Positions 39,040 to 52,943 of a stretch of 64,000 bases of DNA are shown here, piece after piece. The position numbers and the translations under genes are program-made. Origin of the DNA: Trichoplax adhaerens (lineage: Eukaryota; Animalia; Placozoa); NCBI RefSeq assembly GCF_000150275.1, contig NW_002060944.1:7182756-7246755 (forward strand), in the 5' to 3' direction. The notes under the pieces are model-generated. The model saw nothing but the letters and a program-made list of their open reading frames with translations. It did not search any database and was not told the DNA's origin. Positions within the stretch are counted from its first letter, which is position 1; every line of letters starts with the position of its first letter.

Positions 39040-42000
39040 ATGGAGGATCATGTGCATAGCGTTGATGTCCCTATACTTCATGATGTTTTCAAGCTGAAAA
39101 TTAGCAAGAAAACCATTGATTGTGTTGTTGATTTATATCCTTCCCACATTGAATATCGTCAAGTCGATACACCTGATGATCAATCTGTCCTCATGGAAGG
39201 ATCTGTCCAGTTTACAGACGCGATTGGTTGTCATACTGGTAGAAGGAAAAAAAAGAGCAGTAAAGATGACGTCTTTGCATACTTGACCATTTATTCCTAT
39301 CCTCTGAAAGACAGCGGTAAAAAACGCCGTCGCACTTCAACATGTTTTAGAATCAATAAAAATGATAATGTCCGCCACAATCAAGATACTGCTAACTTAT
39401 GGCGTGTTGCTATTTTATGCCGGCTACATGGTATCGATTTTAGCCACGGTTTGTACAATTCCTTCATGTAGACTGAAATCATTTGTTCCATGTAGACATG
39501 AAAGCTTGCTTTGACCAAAGTAATGAACTTGATCACATTGAAGCTGTTACACATGCAGACTTGTTAATAGTAGTCTACAATTCCTTCATGTAAACTGATG
39601 TCATTTGTTCCATGTAGCGATGAAAGCTTGCTTTGACCAAAGTAATGAACTTGATCACATTGAAGCTGTTACAATGCAGACTTGTTAATACTAGTCTACC
39701 ATCGCCGTCGTCATCTTGAGTCATATAGTACGACTACGATCGTTATAAAGTTGATCTGCTGCAATGCAGACTTGTTCAGGCTAGGCTACAATCGCTATCA
39801 CCGTATTGAGTAATATAGTACGACTACCAATAAAGTTTACATCAAGAGAGATGGATATGATATAACGAATGCAAACTTCATCCCAAATTACAATCGATGA
39901 TACTACTATACTGATACTAGAAGACTTTTTTGCATTGCTATGCGTGACTGGATCACTGATACATTTCAACCAGCAAACAATCTTTTTTATCGTTTTGATT
40001 AGTCTGTACGAGTATGCAGCGCAGTATTGATAATAGAACTTAACTGTAGTTTCGTGAAGCTACCTTCTATTAGCTTACTATCCTTTGAAAAAATCTCTGT
40101 TCATGGCTAATCCATTGTACACTGACTAATCACCAAACACATTGTAAATGATATCATAACCTCGAATTTGTCTAAAATCTTAAAATTTAGAACTGGGAAC
40201 AAATCAATATCCACCAGAGTACCGTTACGTTATTTTCGTGAATCCTAAAAGTGGTACAGGAAAGTCACGTAAGATCTTTAAAAATGCCCCTAAGAGGATG
40301 TTAAGAGAAGCTGAAGCCGAATACACTTTAATCACAACAGGTATATCATATTTAGAATAATGATAATACCGCTACAATGTACTGCACTACAAATCAATGA
40401 TCAATCTTGCACAATACAAGCACTATGGATGCAGCAGCACAATGACCACTGTTGATAGATAAAGTAATATCAGTAATAGCGTTGTTAATTTACGATATAA
40501 CTTAGATATGATGCATAGTATCCAATACATAGTGTTTGTAGACTAATGACGATATTGATGAATAAAATAATAATGTGGTCCCACCGTGATATTTCAGAAA
40601 GGCAAGGTCATGCTTATGATTATGTAAAGGAAATGAAATTAAATCAAGTCGATGGGATCATTATTGTCTCTGGTGATGGGTTAATCCATGAAGTAATCAC
40701 TCATAATCTGCTTAAATACGCATATTATTATATTACAATATGATAGCTGCTAGTCTAGCAATATTTATGCCATAACTTGATCTAAAATTGTTGATTTAAA
40801 TCGATCTGATTACAATCAAGGTTATTAATGGATTAATGAGCAGGGAAGACTGGGAGCATGCAATTAAGCTACCGATCGGTGCATTACCTGGTGGATCAGG
40901 AAATGCCTTATACCAATCGATTTTATATGAATCCAAGTAAGTATAGTAATTCATAATTCTTTTTAAGTAACTCCACATACTCGTAGATTATTGACATATC
41001 GAGTTGTATTGTCATAAAGCCATTCTAAATTGCAGCTCTTTAAGTGCATACAGTACATGCACTGTAAATGTTATTTATTCGTATAAGAGTGTATAACATT
41101 GTAATTACCTTTCTCATATTTGTAACAACTCATTTAAACTGTACAATTTAAGCTTCTGCCTGCTACTTGGTATGCATTAATATCCTTTACCCTAATTGAG
41201 CATTTATTGTTTTCTGTATCAATGAAATCATGTTTACTAGAGAACCTACCAGTATAACAAGCGCCATGTTTATGATAATCAAGAGATATACTACTAAATT
41301 GGATTTAGTCTCCATTACAACACTCAAAGATCAACGATACTCTTTTCTATCAGTTGGATGGGGTTTACTTTCCGATGTTGACATAGGTACTGAAAAATTT
41401 AGAAAATTGGGCACGGCAAGATTCGTTTTAGGCACAGTAAAGCATTTAACGAAATTAAAATATTATCATGGTAAATTTCAATATCTACCTAATCCAATGA
41501 AAGGTAATCAAAAAATTACTCAATGTTCACTCTAATTTTTATCCTTAAATACATTTTTACTACGATGAATATTATAGGCCATTACTAGCGTATTATGTGA
41601 TTAGTGTTACTTACTCCTATGGATATACTTTTTTACTTTTATTACATTACTTAGAAGATACTGGTAATACATCATCTAATAACGCTAACCAGGTAATTTA
41701 AGGTGTAATGTCGAATTTCTTTCATCCTTAAAAATCTAATAAACAATCAGAGATCGCCATCTATGTAATTAACATGATTTCATCATTTACTATATTCTCA
41801 GACAAATGATACAGCTACCGCGGGAGCAACCAATAATACTGAGTCTAAGGCAGGCCCGAAATCGATATTGCCACCAATAAATGAATCTTTGCCTTCTACT
41901 TGGGAAACAGTCGAAGATGATATGGTTCTGTTTGGTGCAATCTACTTGCCATATTTATCAACAGACAACTTTGTTGCTCCCACATCTCGGCTAAACGATG

Positions 42001-42269
42001 GCATTATACACTTACAAACTATCGATTCAACTTGCAACAGAAAAACCATGCTAAAGATATTATCTAAACAGAAAGAAGCAGGCCATCTAGGCATGAGCTG
42101 CGTGGAGGTATTTCCTTGCAAAGCCTTTCGTTTAGAACCGATAACTAGCCCTGGAATTATTACTGTAGATGGTGAATGCGTGGATTATGGTACGATTCAG
42201 GGAGAAATCTTTCCCGGTTTAAGTCGAGTATTCTGTCGTAGGGCTAAGTCTAGTAGCAGTAGTAGTTAG
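39040..42269 (+). CDS. SPHK: Sphingosine kinase (DAGKc family) with an N-terminal PH-like extension
   Basis: VIFVNPKSGTGK, SGDGLIHEVINGLMSREDW, LPGGSGNAL, SFLSVGWGLLSDVDIGTEKFRKLGTARF and AFRLEP...GIITVDGE. ATG 39040 is the first Met of the ORF-track frame. Confidence 0.92.
39454..39698. repeat. 122-bp tandem duplication in SPHK intron 1
   Basis: TACAATTCCTTCATGTA...GCAGACTTGTTAATA.TAGTC at 39454 and 39576. Confidence 0.9.
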
Positions 42270-43139
42270 ATTTACTAAATTTTTTCAAAATTAAGCGTAT
42301 AAGACTATCTTTTCAGCAGACTATTTCATATGAAATATTGCAATTTGAAAAGCAGTAAAAACTAAAGATTTAGTATGAAAATGGATGGTAAATTGAATGG
42401 ATTGGATCGCATGCTGATTTCATCGATTTGCAACATCAATCTTATATAACTATTAGAATTATTAAAACATCAGCCTTATCTAAGGTTTACACTATATTCT
42501 ACTTTCTGCACGTATATAACTGTTATACTGTATGACTATTAACCACAATTATAGACTTCCTGTATAATAAAATGGAACATAAGTTCTTAACATATTATAA
42601 AGAAATATCACATCATTTTATTTGCAAATATTAGCACTGCATTTATTCTAATGTTTATTACAAATATTGTGCCCATGTTTGATATCACTTTCAATAAAGA
42701 TTTTAGAAGTTGAATGCACAAAATACTACTGTACGATGTTATGCAATAAAGCATGCAACTGTTGCATTGAATAATTTTTAGAAAAAACTAGTTAACTAGA
42801 AGCTATAAATGCATATTTGTTCACAAAGCTAGTAATGGCCATTACTGTTACCGATAAAACATGCTAGTAAAGTGGTATCTGATTACGTTAAGATAATGAA
42901 AAGAAATTACAGCTATTGATGTATTGCTCCAAAAAAAATCGTCAAGATGTAGCAGTTGACACGCAGTATGATCGTAAAGATTCAAAGTAAAATATTTAGA
43001 TATCACAGTTCAACTGCGAACATGTACTTTATGAAAAAGCTTTCTGCTATACAAACCGTTTATTAACAAAGAATACAGTAATAGAATTAGGTAAGGTATA
43101 CAATAAGTGTACAATTTTAAATTATATACATATAATTTT

Positions 43140-45532
43140 TTATCGGAACTGATATACTGTAGTATTATCTGCAGCCACGTGTGTCAAACTGAGAGATTGA
43201 AACCTATTGATTTAAAAAGTAGAGAAATTATCATAATGACATAAGGGAAGAACGAACAATATCATTTGTATATTTTTACCGTTCCGAATTTCGATGGTAG
43301 TAGTATCCTTCAATCTTTGCTTTTGACTTCTCGAAGCAAATATAATAAAATCCGGCAAATGAGGCTCCGTTAATATCTCTGACTGTGTGATCTGGTACCA
43401 AGAAATGTTCCTAGCAATATAGCATAAATTGGTACCAATTAGTTTTCAAGAATTTTATCCACTAGTCAAGTTGTGGATCTATATGGAAGTTATCCAAACG
43501 GACTATTATTCTATCGATATTAAACATGTTTCTATCTGCGTCATATACTGCAGTGTAACAGCAATGACAACTGTTGATATTTTGGCATTTTAGAAGAATA
43601 TTTGGCTATTGCATCACAAGCCTGCTCATGCTAACCTTCCAACGCATAAATACACAGCCCAAGTTAGCTAATTCGTCGTAATTAAAATCATCAGAGTTAA
43701 AATTTTTAGAAAACTGAAGAAAGGGAGAAAATTTGTCCTAGATCGAAAAACATAAGACACATTCTAAAGTCAACGACTTGGGTATCAGTGTAAACACTTT
43801 TTCTACATCATTACTGCAGAAAAGAATGCAAAATCTTTTACCCAGTGTTTCCGATCGACATCTTCATCAGCATCCTATGAATAATCCAATTAAAATAGGT
43901 GAATGAACAAAGTCGTTCTCAAGCACTTGCTTTTATCTACGTGTTAGGAACTATACTTTAAGGTGGTTAAAGTGACATGTTGTAGTAATCGGTGATGCTA
44001 ATGTTTGCATATCGCATAGAAAACTGATATACTAGTTAACCATAGCATTAAGTACTCGATAGAGTCCAAATGCGAATTTTGTAATAACATAGATTGCATA
44101 GGAACAACAATAATGATTGATCAACAAATTTCGCAATACGTCGATGATGTGATAGCAACAAAATCCATATTTAGGATTAAGATTAACCAATACGGTAGTA
44201 TAACGCTACAATCAGCTAAGGAATGCTTGTATTTACGAATCAACTACACTATAAATATGTAATGTAGTATTTATATCTTACCCATTTTCGAGTATGAAAA
44301 GGATACTTTTTGCCGATTATTTCTCCATCAAAAAAAGTTGTCAGATAAGGGTATTCCTAGCAAGCATACGTAAGTGACAATAAGGTAAATACTGGCTTGG
44401 TAGGATACACATATCTCTTTTATGCATCGTTTCAGCATCATCGTTAGAAGATGTACCGATAAAGGACTCGATAATTAGATGGTTTAGTGGTGCTGAACAG
44501 TTTACACAAGTATAATGTTGTTTGCCTGCACTTTCTGAACCAATATTCTAGACTAGCTAAAGAAATATTGTACATGTACTGTAGTCTGTAGAGTAAAACC
44601 TATCTTGTTATGATTGATACTTAGTTCTGTAGTTGGCGCATACTGGACTCTGTACTGCGTAAAAATTGCCTTGTCTTATCTCCTAACCCTCTTTTGGTAA
44701 TCTTAACACAGTTTATCTTCTGATGTAATTACTACTATACAATACAGTAACACAGCAGTTTTATCTAATCTGCAAGGTATGCAGATCCATTTAACGCATG
44801 ATTACATTTACCTAAACTTGTACTACAGTACTGAAGAGTATTATGATTATACGTATTTTAATTGTTGAATTTATTATGGGTAGTCATTAATATAGCAATC
44901 AATATTGGAGGACGTCAAGGTAATTTTGTCGTATCACTTACATCAGTTAAGTTCTTAATCGTCAAGTAGCCACATATGAAAGAATTCTCCATATCTACGT
45001 TCTAAAAGAGGCAAGTTGGAATGCAAAGGTAGTTTAGAAACTAGGCATCGTACACAGGTTAGAAGAGTGATCTATCTACAACACTCGTCTACTGTATTCA
45101 TGACCGAATTTGTGTCACATTACATGGTTATGATTATCGACATAAGAGCGATACGATTTTCCACTACGCTACCATAACAAGATAAACAAGTCTTTTTTGA
45201 CTTCAACATAAACTGCCATCAAGAGTAAAATTGTAAGTATACTTGAATACGATTTCAAAAATGAATACTACTGTAGAATTTTGGATCATCGTTTGCTAAG
45301 GAACAACTTCATGATGGTAGTATCATGGAAATATTGATGACTGTTATTGCAATTGGCTGTAATCACGTACTTGCAGAATAATCTCCACATCGTAGCTATT
45401 GCCTTTGCTTTTTTGACTTCCAATAAATTTACTGCCATTATAAAGCAAGGAAGTGGACAACCCTGGTTGTTTAGAAAGAGGATAATAAACTCCCTCTTTC
45501 TTGCTTGTCTGATTACCGTCGATAAACTTCAT
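43140..45532 (-). CDS. GID4: GID/CTLH E3 ligase substrate receptor GID4 (Vid24 family)
   Basis: Seven exons encode [85 protein letters not shown] and YQFR*. Confidence 0.95.
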
Positions 45533-46539
45533 TGACCACTAGGAAATGATTGAATGCGTTGCAGCAATGGAAGCCTCGTTATGCCTCTCCTGTCGTCGTG
45601 CTGAGCAGTCTGCCTGTCTGAGTGGTGGTGGTTTCACTTGGTCACGATTTTCTCATATGGATCGGAGACGCTTGAGCACTGGTGTATAGTGTACAATTCG
45701 CTATCCTACCGCCCATACTGTACTGTATGTAGTGTACTGTACTGTACAGTATATATACAGTACACGAGCTGTCTGCTTATTTCCAACGTCCTCCCGTACG
45801 GTTGATGTGTCCAGCTGTCTGTACAATCTGTAGCTGGTGCAGTTAGCATATTGCATTCCACCACATTGCATCAATTTGAAGGAAAAAAACATTTTCTGCT
45901 TTGCCTTGCTTTCGGTATTGAAATTTGAAATTGTAAAAGATCTCCAACGTAAACTAAGCCATCAACTACTAGAAATGACGATGTAGTAGTGTAGTCATTT
46001 CTAGTAGTTTATGACTCAATTGTAATCAGGTGTAACTGGAGTAAGTTTTCTTTCTTTCTTTTACCTCTACTACAACAGCTCACTACAGGACATGAGAGAT
46101 TGCTCCATTATTTTTACTGTCAAGAGAAGGAAAAAGTTCCTAACAAGAGAGGTACAGTAATTCATCATGAAAGACTAGAACCTTCTCAATTTTAGTGGAC
46201 AGACAGAATCAATTCTGCAATCAGTCAAGTAGTCCATGGAGTAGTGTAGAATGCATAGAAGATCCATTGCAATATTCTACTTACTACAACGTCACCAATG
46301 TGCCAAGGTATCATCAGCATTCGAGCACAAACTAACTTCATACTGTAGTACACTCTGACAACAGACACAGTATCGATTAGTATTGTCCACAACGTCAACG
46401 GACACAATCGATGATATCCGGTCATAATCCAGTATGTATTTGTCATGCGTACACGGTACATGGTGCGATTGAAGTTCATTGAACACATTGGCCGCAACAC
46501 ATACGCAACTAGTGTGACACTACAGTACTGTACCCAGTA

Positions 46540-47362
46540 GAGATAGTAGAACCCTACTAAGTCTGACACCGGACTGTCCAGTGTCCAGCCAGCGTCCAAC
46601 CGAGCTCCAAGGCCGACAAACTACACAGTTGAGAATTTCGTATACGCAGTTGAGATACTACAATAGTACTAAGTCTTACACACGACTGTCCAGTGTCCAG
46701 CCAGCGTCCAACCGAGCTCCAAGGCCGACAAACTACACAGTTGAGAATTTCGTATACGCAGTTGAGATAGTACAATAGTACTAAGTCTTACACACGACTG
46801 TCCAGTGTCCAGCCAGCGTCCAACCGAGCTCCAAGGCCGACAAACTACACAGTTGAGAATTTCGTATACGCAGTTGAGATAGTACAATAGTACTAAGTCT
46901 TACACACGTCTGTCCAGTGTCCAGCCAGCGTCCAACCGAGCTCCAAGGCCGACAAACTACACAGTTGAGAATTTCGTATACGCAGTTGAGATAGTACAAT
47001 AGTACTAAGTCTTACACACGACTGTCCAGTGTCCAGCCAGCGTCCAACCGAGCTCCAAGCCCGACAAACTACACAGTTGAGAATTTCGTATACGCAGTTG
47101 AGATAGTACTAAGTCTTACACACGTCTGTCCAGTGTCCAGCCAGCGTCCAACCGAGCTCCAAGCCCGACAAACTACACAGTTGAGATGGTAGAACACTAC
47201 GAAGTATTACACACGACAGTCCAGTGTCCAGCCAGCGTCCAACCGAGCTCCAAGGCCGACAAGCTACACAGTTGAGATAGTACAATACTAGTAGTACTAA
47301 GTCTTACACACGACTGTCCAGTGTCCAGCCAGCGTCCAACCGAGCTCCAAGCCCGACAAAAT
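46540..47362. repeat. 112-bp tandem array (8 units) between divergent GID4 and the DESI1-like gene
   Basis: Core GTCCAGTGTCCAGCCAGCGTCCAACCGAGCTCCAAG occurs 8 times. The period is exactly 112 bp in the central copies; right-hand copies are shortened or diverged. Confidence 0.95.
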
Positions 47363-49019
47363 ATTGCTTACGTGTGACTGACGACTCAACTTTCTCGAAC
47401 AATAATGAGGTCATCCTTGAAGCGCATCAACTGTACTGTATACTCAGTCTACAGCACAGTATACTCGTATATTAAGTTAAGACTGGGTCGCTTCTTGCTC
47501 ACTCCATTCAACTTCATTCAGCTCGACATTTCGTTTCTTCTGCCTTGGGGCCTACTAGTGAATTCTCTCTAGATTGGTAAGTTTATTAGCCCAAATACAG
47601 TAGTAGTATTTGGGCGAAGAAAGCGGATAGTAGTAGACTTGAGTGTTGCCCAAGAGAATTTTCAATGAACGATAGTACTGTATATATCATCACCGTGTAT
47701 TATTCACTGGTTTAGTAAGCAGTCAACAACAATTGACAGTCTGCAGTAGAGATGCAGTCGTGGATTGAGTAGTACCTTTAATAGCAACTGGACCAATCAA
47801 GATTCTAGTAGTTTCAACAAAGATTGACCTTATTGTTAGCTAAAGTCATTGATTGATCATATAATACCTGCTACGATAACGGCATATAGCCATAGCATAA
47901 TATTAACTGTAAATCAATCCATCAATCAATTCATTGATTAATATCTTCCCCAACATCTTCCAAGTCTGGTGGTTATGAGAGTTTTTATAAAATAACTAAG
48001 CTTCGATAAATACTTGTACTACGTACAGTACTGTACTTGTCACTCAGTTCCAAATTGTCGACTTTCCAGAAACAATTGGCTATTGCAATTCGAAATTTGG
48101 AAAAATTTGATCAACTTGAGCTGTAAAATGGATCCCATACACGATAGCAATGTCATTATGACAAGCTTGTTAGTTAAATAAATATAATTCATACAACTCA
48201 TTCATTTTGATTAGCCTTCAGCAATTCCGTATCGTGATATGGCTGTAGTACAGGCTTCGCATCGACGATACATTGTATAAACATATACAGTACTGTACAG
48301 TACTCCATATGAAAATTGTTTATATAAGTACTATGTACAATATACGATTGTACATGGTATGGTAAACAGCTTTCAATTTAGCATCGAAACGTTCTAGTTA
48401 GACAAACTAAACCTTCAATTTGAAATACTACGTACGTGCAAAGCAGAAGTGCTCTATAGTATGGAATCTATATGTACGTCTAGTGACTATGCTCTTCCAC
48501 TTTAGTTTGCAATAGGAACTGCGTGTCAACATTTCATTTGCAACATTTACACCGATCGTAATCATCCCCGAGATAGACAAGCAATAAATTATATTATACT
48601 AATATATAAAAAAAATCGCAGTAGTGAAATTAATGATGACTGACAAAGATAGAAATTACTCACAAGTCATAACAATAGTTATGTAATGGAATACAAAATA
48701 AATATTCGTCTACAGCTGAGAGAACACTTAGAATTGAATAAATCTTCAACTGCATTAATAGTGCTGCGTAGATACTAGCAAGTAATCATAAATGTAACCC
48801 TACCAAATGTACCATAGCATGAGTAGTTCCCGATAATTATGTCAGATTTTACTCGATAGTGATTTCTTGCATAGGCATTCTTGGTAAGTATGATCGTGAA
48901 TAGATTAGATTACAGTAATTATATTAAAGAACTGCATCATTTGAAAATTTGTGGATATGGATACTAATGTTGACATCCAATTAGGATTAGAAGCAACTTA
49001 ATCGATTGCCTGATTCACT

Positions 49020-52000
49020 ATGCCATTGGTACAAGTCTATATATATGACTTATCATTCGGCCTTGCAAACCAAATGTCGCTGGCTATGTTAGGTTAGTAC
49101 ATGTAACGGGCATCGCAACAAATGCATACCTAGCAACAATAATTATAATATATAAATGCATGGTTGATGGTATAGGATACAGTCAAAAATAATACCTTTA
49201 AAATTACACCATTGTCATGTCACAACAATTATTCCACAATCAATCTTATCTATTCATTGATATGGATATGCCATGCATTCTGAGAATGGTTCTACAATAA
49301 TATGTTGACCGTTAGTATTATATCAACTACAGAAATCTATAGAATAATAGACCAGTTAGGTTATAAATTAGATACGTAAATTACATCGATCATCGTACGC
49401 AGTATAGTCATTGAATAAAAAATTGATTACAGTATTTAAAACCTATGCTGTAGACAGGTTAATAGGTATGCATATTGCATTTGCTACATCCAAGTGATGT
49501 ACAGGATTACGTGGTATTCAATTGCTTAATATACACAAGTAACTAGTAAAAAATGATCGAAAATTTATCACCGAGTAATGTTTTATTTCTATTCTTATTC
49601 ATAGGTCGGCACATTGAAGGCATATGGTATGGTATATTTGCGAGTATAACAGTTATATGTAAAATAATATTTATAGCTTAGAGATTAATACCTCATTAAT
49701 ATAATAATACTACTGTACATTCTGGGAAGTCTATCAGATATTATAAATTTATAGGTTTGAAACATTGCATTCAAATTTAAGATTAAATCTGTTGTGATAG
49801 GCATACAAGTATTGTCCATTTTGGCCGCGAATACTTCTTTAGTAGCCGTGGCATCGAAAACTGTGCTCCGGTAAATTTTAATTTCGACCGACTCTTAATG
49901 ACTCTATATGTACAAATACTATTTCAAAATGTATACATCTATAATATTAATTTTTTAACTCGACATTATTGTCAATTAATTTCAGGGTATGACAGCTATA
50001 GGTCAGCCGCTTCGCAAACACGATTTGGGTGAATCTCAGCTTGATGCCGACATCTTCATGGAATATTTAACCACAATTGGCAATGAAAGGTTTAGGTCGG
50101 TATCTGCTAGGCTATCCACTGCTAATACACTATCATTACCATAATTACTATATTTCTTTAAAAAATGACTTTTGATTAACTTTGCAATATTTTTTCATCT
50201 CTGAAAGGCTTGGTACATATGATCTTTTCAATCACAATTGTAACACGTTCACTAACGAAGTTGGTCAATTTTTGACCGGAAATTCTATTCCATCATACAT
50301 CACCAATCTACCTAGTGAAGTTTTATCCACGTAAGATCACTAACATATAGTTTACAGTTTTTTTTATTAAATATTGACAATCACTTGGGAGATTAATTTG
50401 TAGATATAATTGTAAACTTATCGTCAAATAGACCCTTTGGTGGTATGATACGACAATTTATGAGCTCTATGAATGATGGACCGGGTGGTGGAGTACCGAT
50501 TAGTTCGCCCGTGAATACCCAACAGCTTCTGCAGCGTCCTGCTGAACCTACTAATCAGCTCCCTGCAGGATCAATATCTAGTAATCAACAAAATATGGTC
50601 TCTAAAAGCACAAGTAGACACAGCGAATCGACAAGTAGCGGTGCCCAAGAGTAATGAAACCCTTAATAATATAGTTTATGATAATACATGTTTAAAGTCA
50701 ATTCATTGAGGAGATAGCAATATTGGCTTGATTGCAAATTTATTCTATAATTGATAGAGGGATTGTCACCGCTCCTGTTATCTTTTCGGAAGATTTAGAT
50801 AAAGTATACTATAAATGATATGTTTTCAATAATTACATACAGTAGACTGAAATATATGTTTATCAATTCTAGATTCAATCATGTATAAAACAATTAAAAG
50901 AATCGCTAGAGAATCATAATGCAGATGTGGTTGAACGATTAGATCGTTACTTAACAAATCAAAACCATTCCACGGAAAATGAAATAGAATTGGTAAAGCA
51001 AGCCTTAATTCCTGGCCTTTGTTAGTATAAGCTGTTATTATCCAAATTTGAACTTAACATAAAATAAACTATCGTAAAAAATTTAACTGCTGACATATCA
51101 GCGATTGATTCTGTTTTAGCCAATTTAACAAGGGCAAATTCTGGAATTGATAATACCTCGTCTAGTACATCAACCAAAATCGCTGCAACCGTTTTAAAAT
51201 ATTTGGCAACTAAGGAATCTTCTTTGCAGTTATTTTGCGATAATTATGGTACACATTCAACATACGAGTATATGCACATATGTTCATATTAAATCATAAC
51301 CTAAATAACTACTACATTAAGTAATTAAGTACATTAAAATTGAGGGATTGTTTAGTAATTATTGAAACCAGAGTATAGTATTTATACTACATTAACGAAA
51401 TGTAAAAGTAGGTAGGTACGTACGTATAGTTGCACTTGGTTACTGTTGAGCATGTTATTACTTTCTATACTATAATCGTAAAAATACACAACATTTTATT
51501 TATTAATATGGCTACAATTTGTCTCCTATTCAGAAAATTTAATTCTTGTTGTTGCTGACGCATTTTCAAGTGTTACTGTAATGGAGGAGAAAGTTGAAAT
51601 TGTCAAAATGGTATACTAGTGTAATTTATACCTCTAAGTGTTGATAGTCGTAATATTGAAAACCTTCAATTTTTATTTCTAATATCCTACTTTAAAATAT
51701 TTTGTATTTAGCTATGTAATGTTCTAGCCAAAGCATATGGGGCAAAATATTTAACGTCAAAGAAGCAATATTCCGTTAATTCTAACGGCTTTGTTTTCCC
51801 TGAAAATTTGGTTACATCTATAATAGTTTCCTGTCTACTTGATGAATCCATTCAACTACAAAATATTGGCAGTGCTCTTGTTCTGAATTTCGCTATTGCT
51901 AATGTTCGTATTTTATTCAGTTCGCTTGTAACAACTTTTGTCATTACTATTTACCCTAATATGGTTTTTTCTCGCTTCTTAGCCAAGTGAAGAAGTTAGC

Positions 52001-52348
52001 TTTGAATGTGCTAGTGCTCTGATAGAGATGATGCATCATGAGCTAAACTGGGTTTCCGCTCATTATAGTCTTTCCGCACTAAGCCATTTATTGCATAAGA
52101 ATGAACAGGTACTGTACCTCAATATATTGATAATAGTCCTCGAGTTGTTATAAGATACGAAATGGAAATTGTATTATTATTTTACTTTAAATATGACATC
52201 ATACAACTAAGATGTACTGGTATACTCGTTCATTTGGCTCTAGATTATCCACCTTATTGAAGCAACCGAGTTAGATACTGAAAAGATATCCGTGCAGCAT
52301 CCAAAACTACGAGACATCTGCCAAAAAATTGCAATACATAGCCAATAG
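49020..52348 (+). CDS. DESI1: Desumoylating isopeptidase 1-like (PPPDE/C97 peptidase) with a long C-terminal helical (PUL/ARM-like) extension
   Basis: [45 protein letters not shown] and [18 protein letters not shown], with catalytic His and Cys intact. In-phase exons continue to TAG at 52346-52348. Confidence 0.9.
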
Positions 52349-52943
52349 ATCCCTTAGGTATCCATTTGTGTCATTCATAACTCTACCCTATTTTGAACTC
52401 TATTTATGTAGCTTTGAAACTAATCATTATAATTCTATATTTATCCGCGGTGAAAATCTATTTGACAATGCACAATATTAATACGTAAAATAAATCAGTT
52501 TGGTTCTAAATGCTATAAAACTGCGTTGTAAGGTTAGCTTGTTGAAAAATATCGAGAATAAAGAGAGTATCATTTTATTCGTTTTGGCTCACTGGTTGAT
52601 AATACAGTACATCGTTTTTTACTGACTTTTAAAGCCACTTAGATTGTCCTAATTGGCATAAGCTATAAGTTAAGCTATTATTATATATATAATACAAGAG
52701 TGTTATGACGATAATTTCAAGAATGAAAATCGAGATTAACGTCAACATACAGTATTTCGAAGGATATATTAATAAATGGGTGTTGTGAAATCCAAGAAAG
52801 CATAAGACCCAGAAGATGCTTTGAGAATGTACCCTGCACTGTAAACATATACGCGTTCACAATAGATGGCAGGTTAACGCAATCAATAGATTGTCCTTTT
52901 GTGGTTGACGGTTGAATTTATAAAAAATAGCGTAATGAAAACT

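Noticed and set aside
46225-46599. 124-aa minus-strand ORF as a transposon or novel gene
   Set aside because: It starts inside the tandem array and has no transposase, reverse transcriptase or other motif, and no terminal repeats or target-site duplication.
46540-47362. CRISPR-like array, or the repeated 72-aa ORFs as genes
   Set aside because: Sequences between the cores are copies of each other, not unique spacers. There are no cas genes and the context is eukaryotic. The ORFs are by-products of the 112-bp period.
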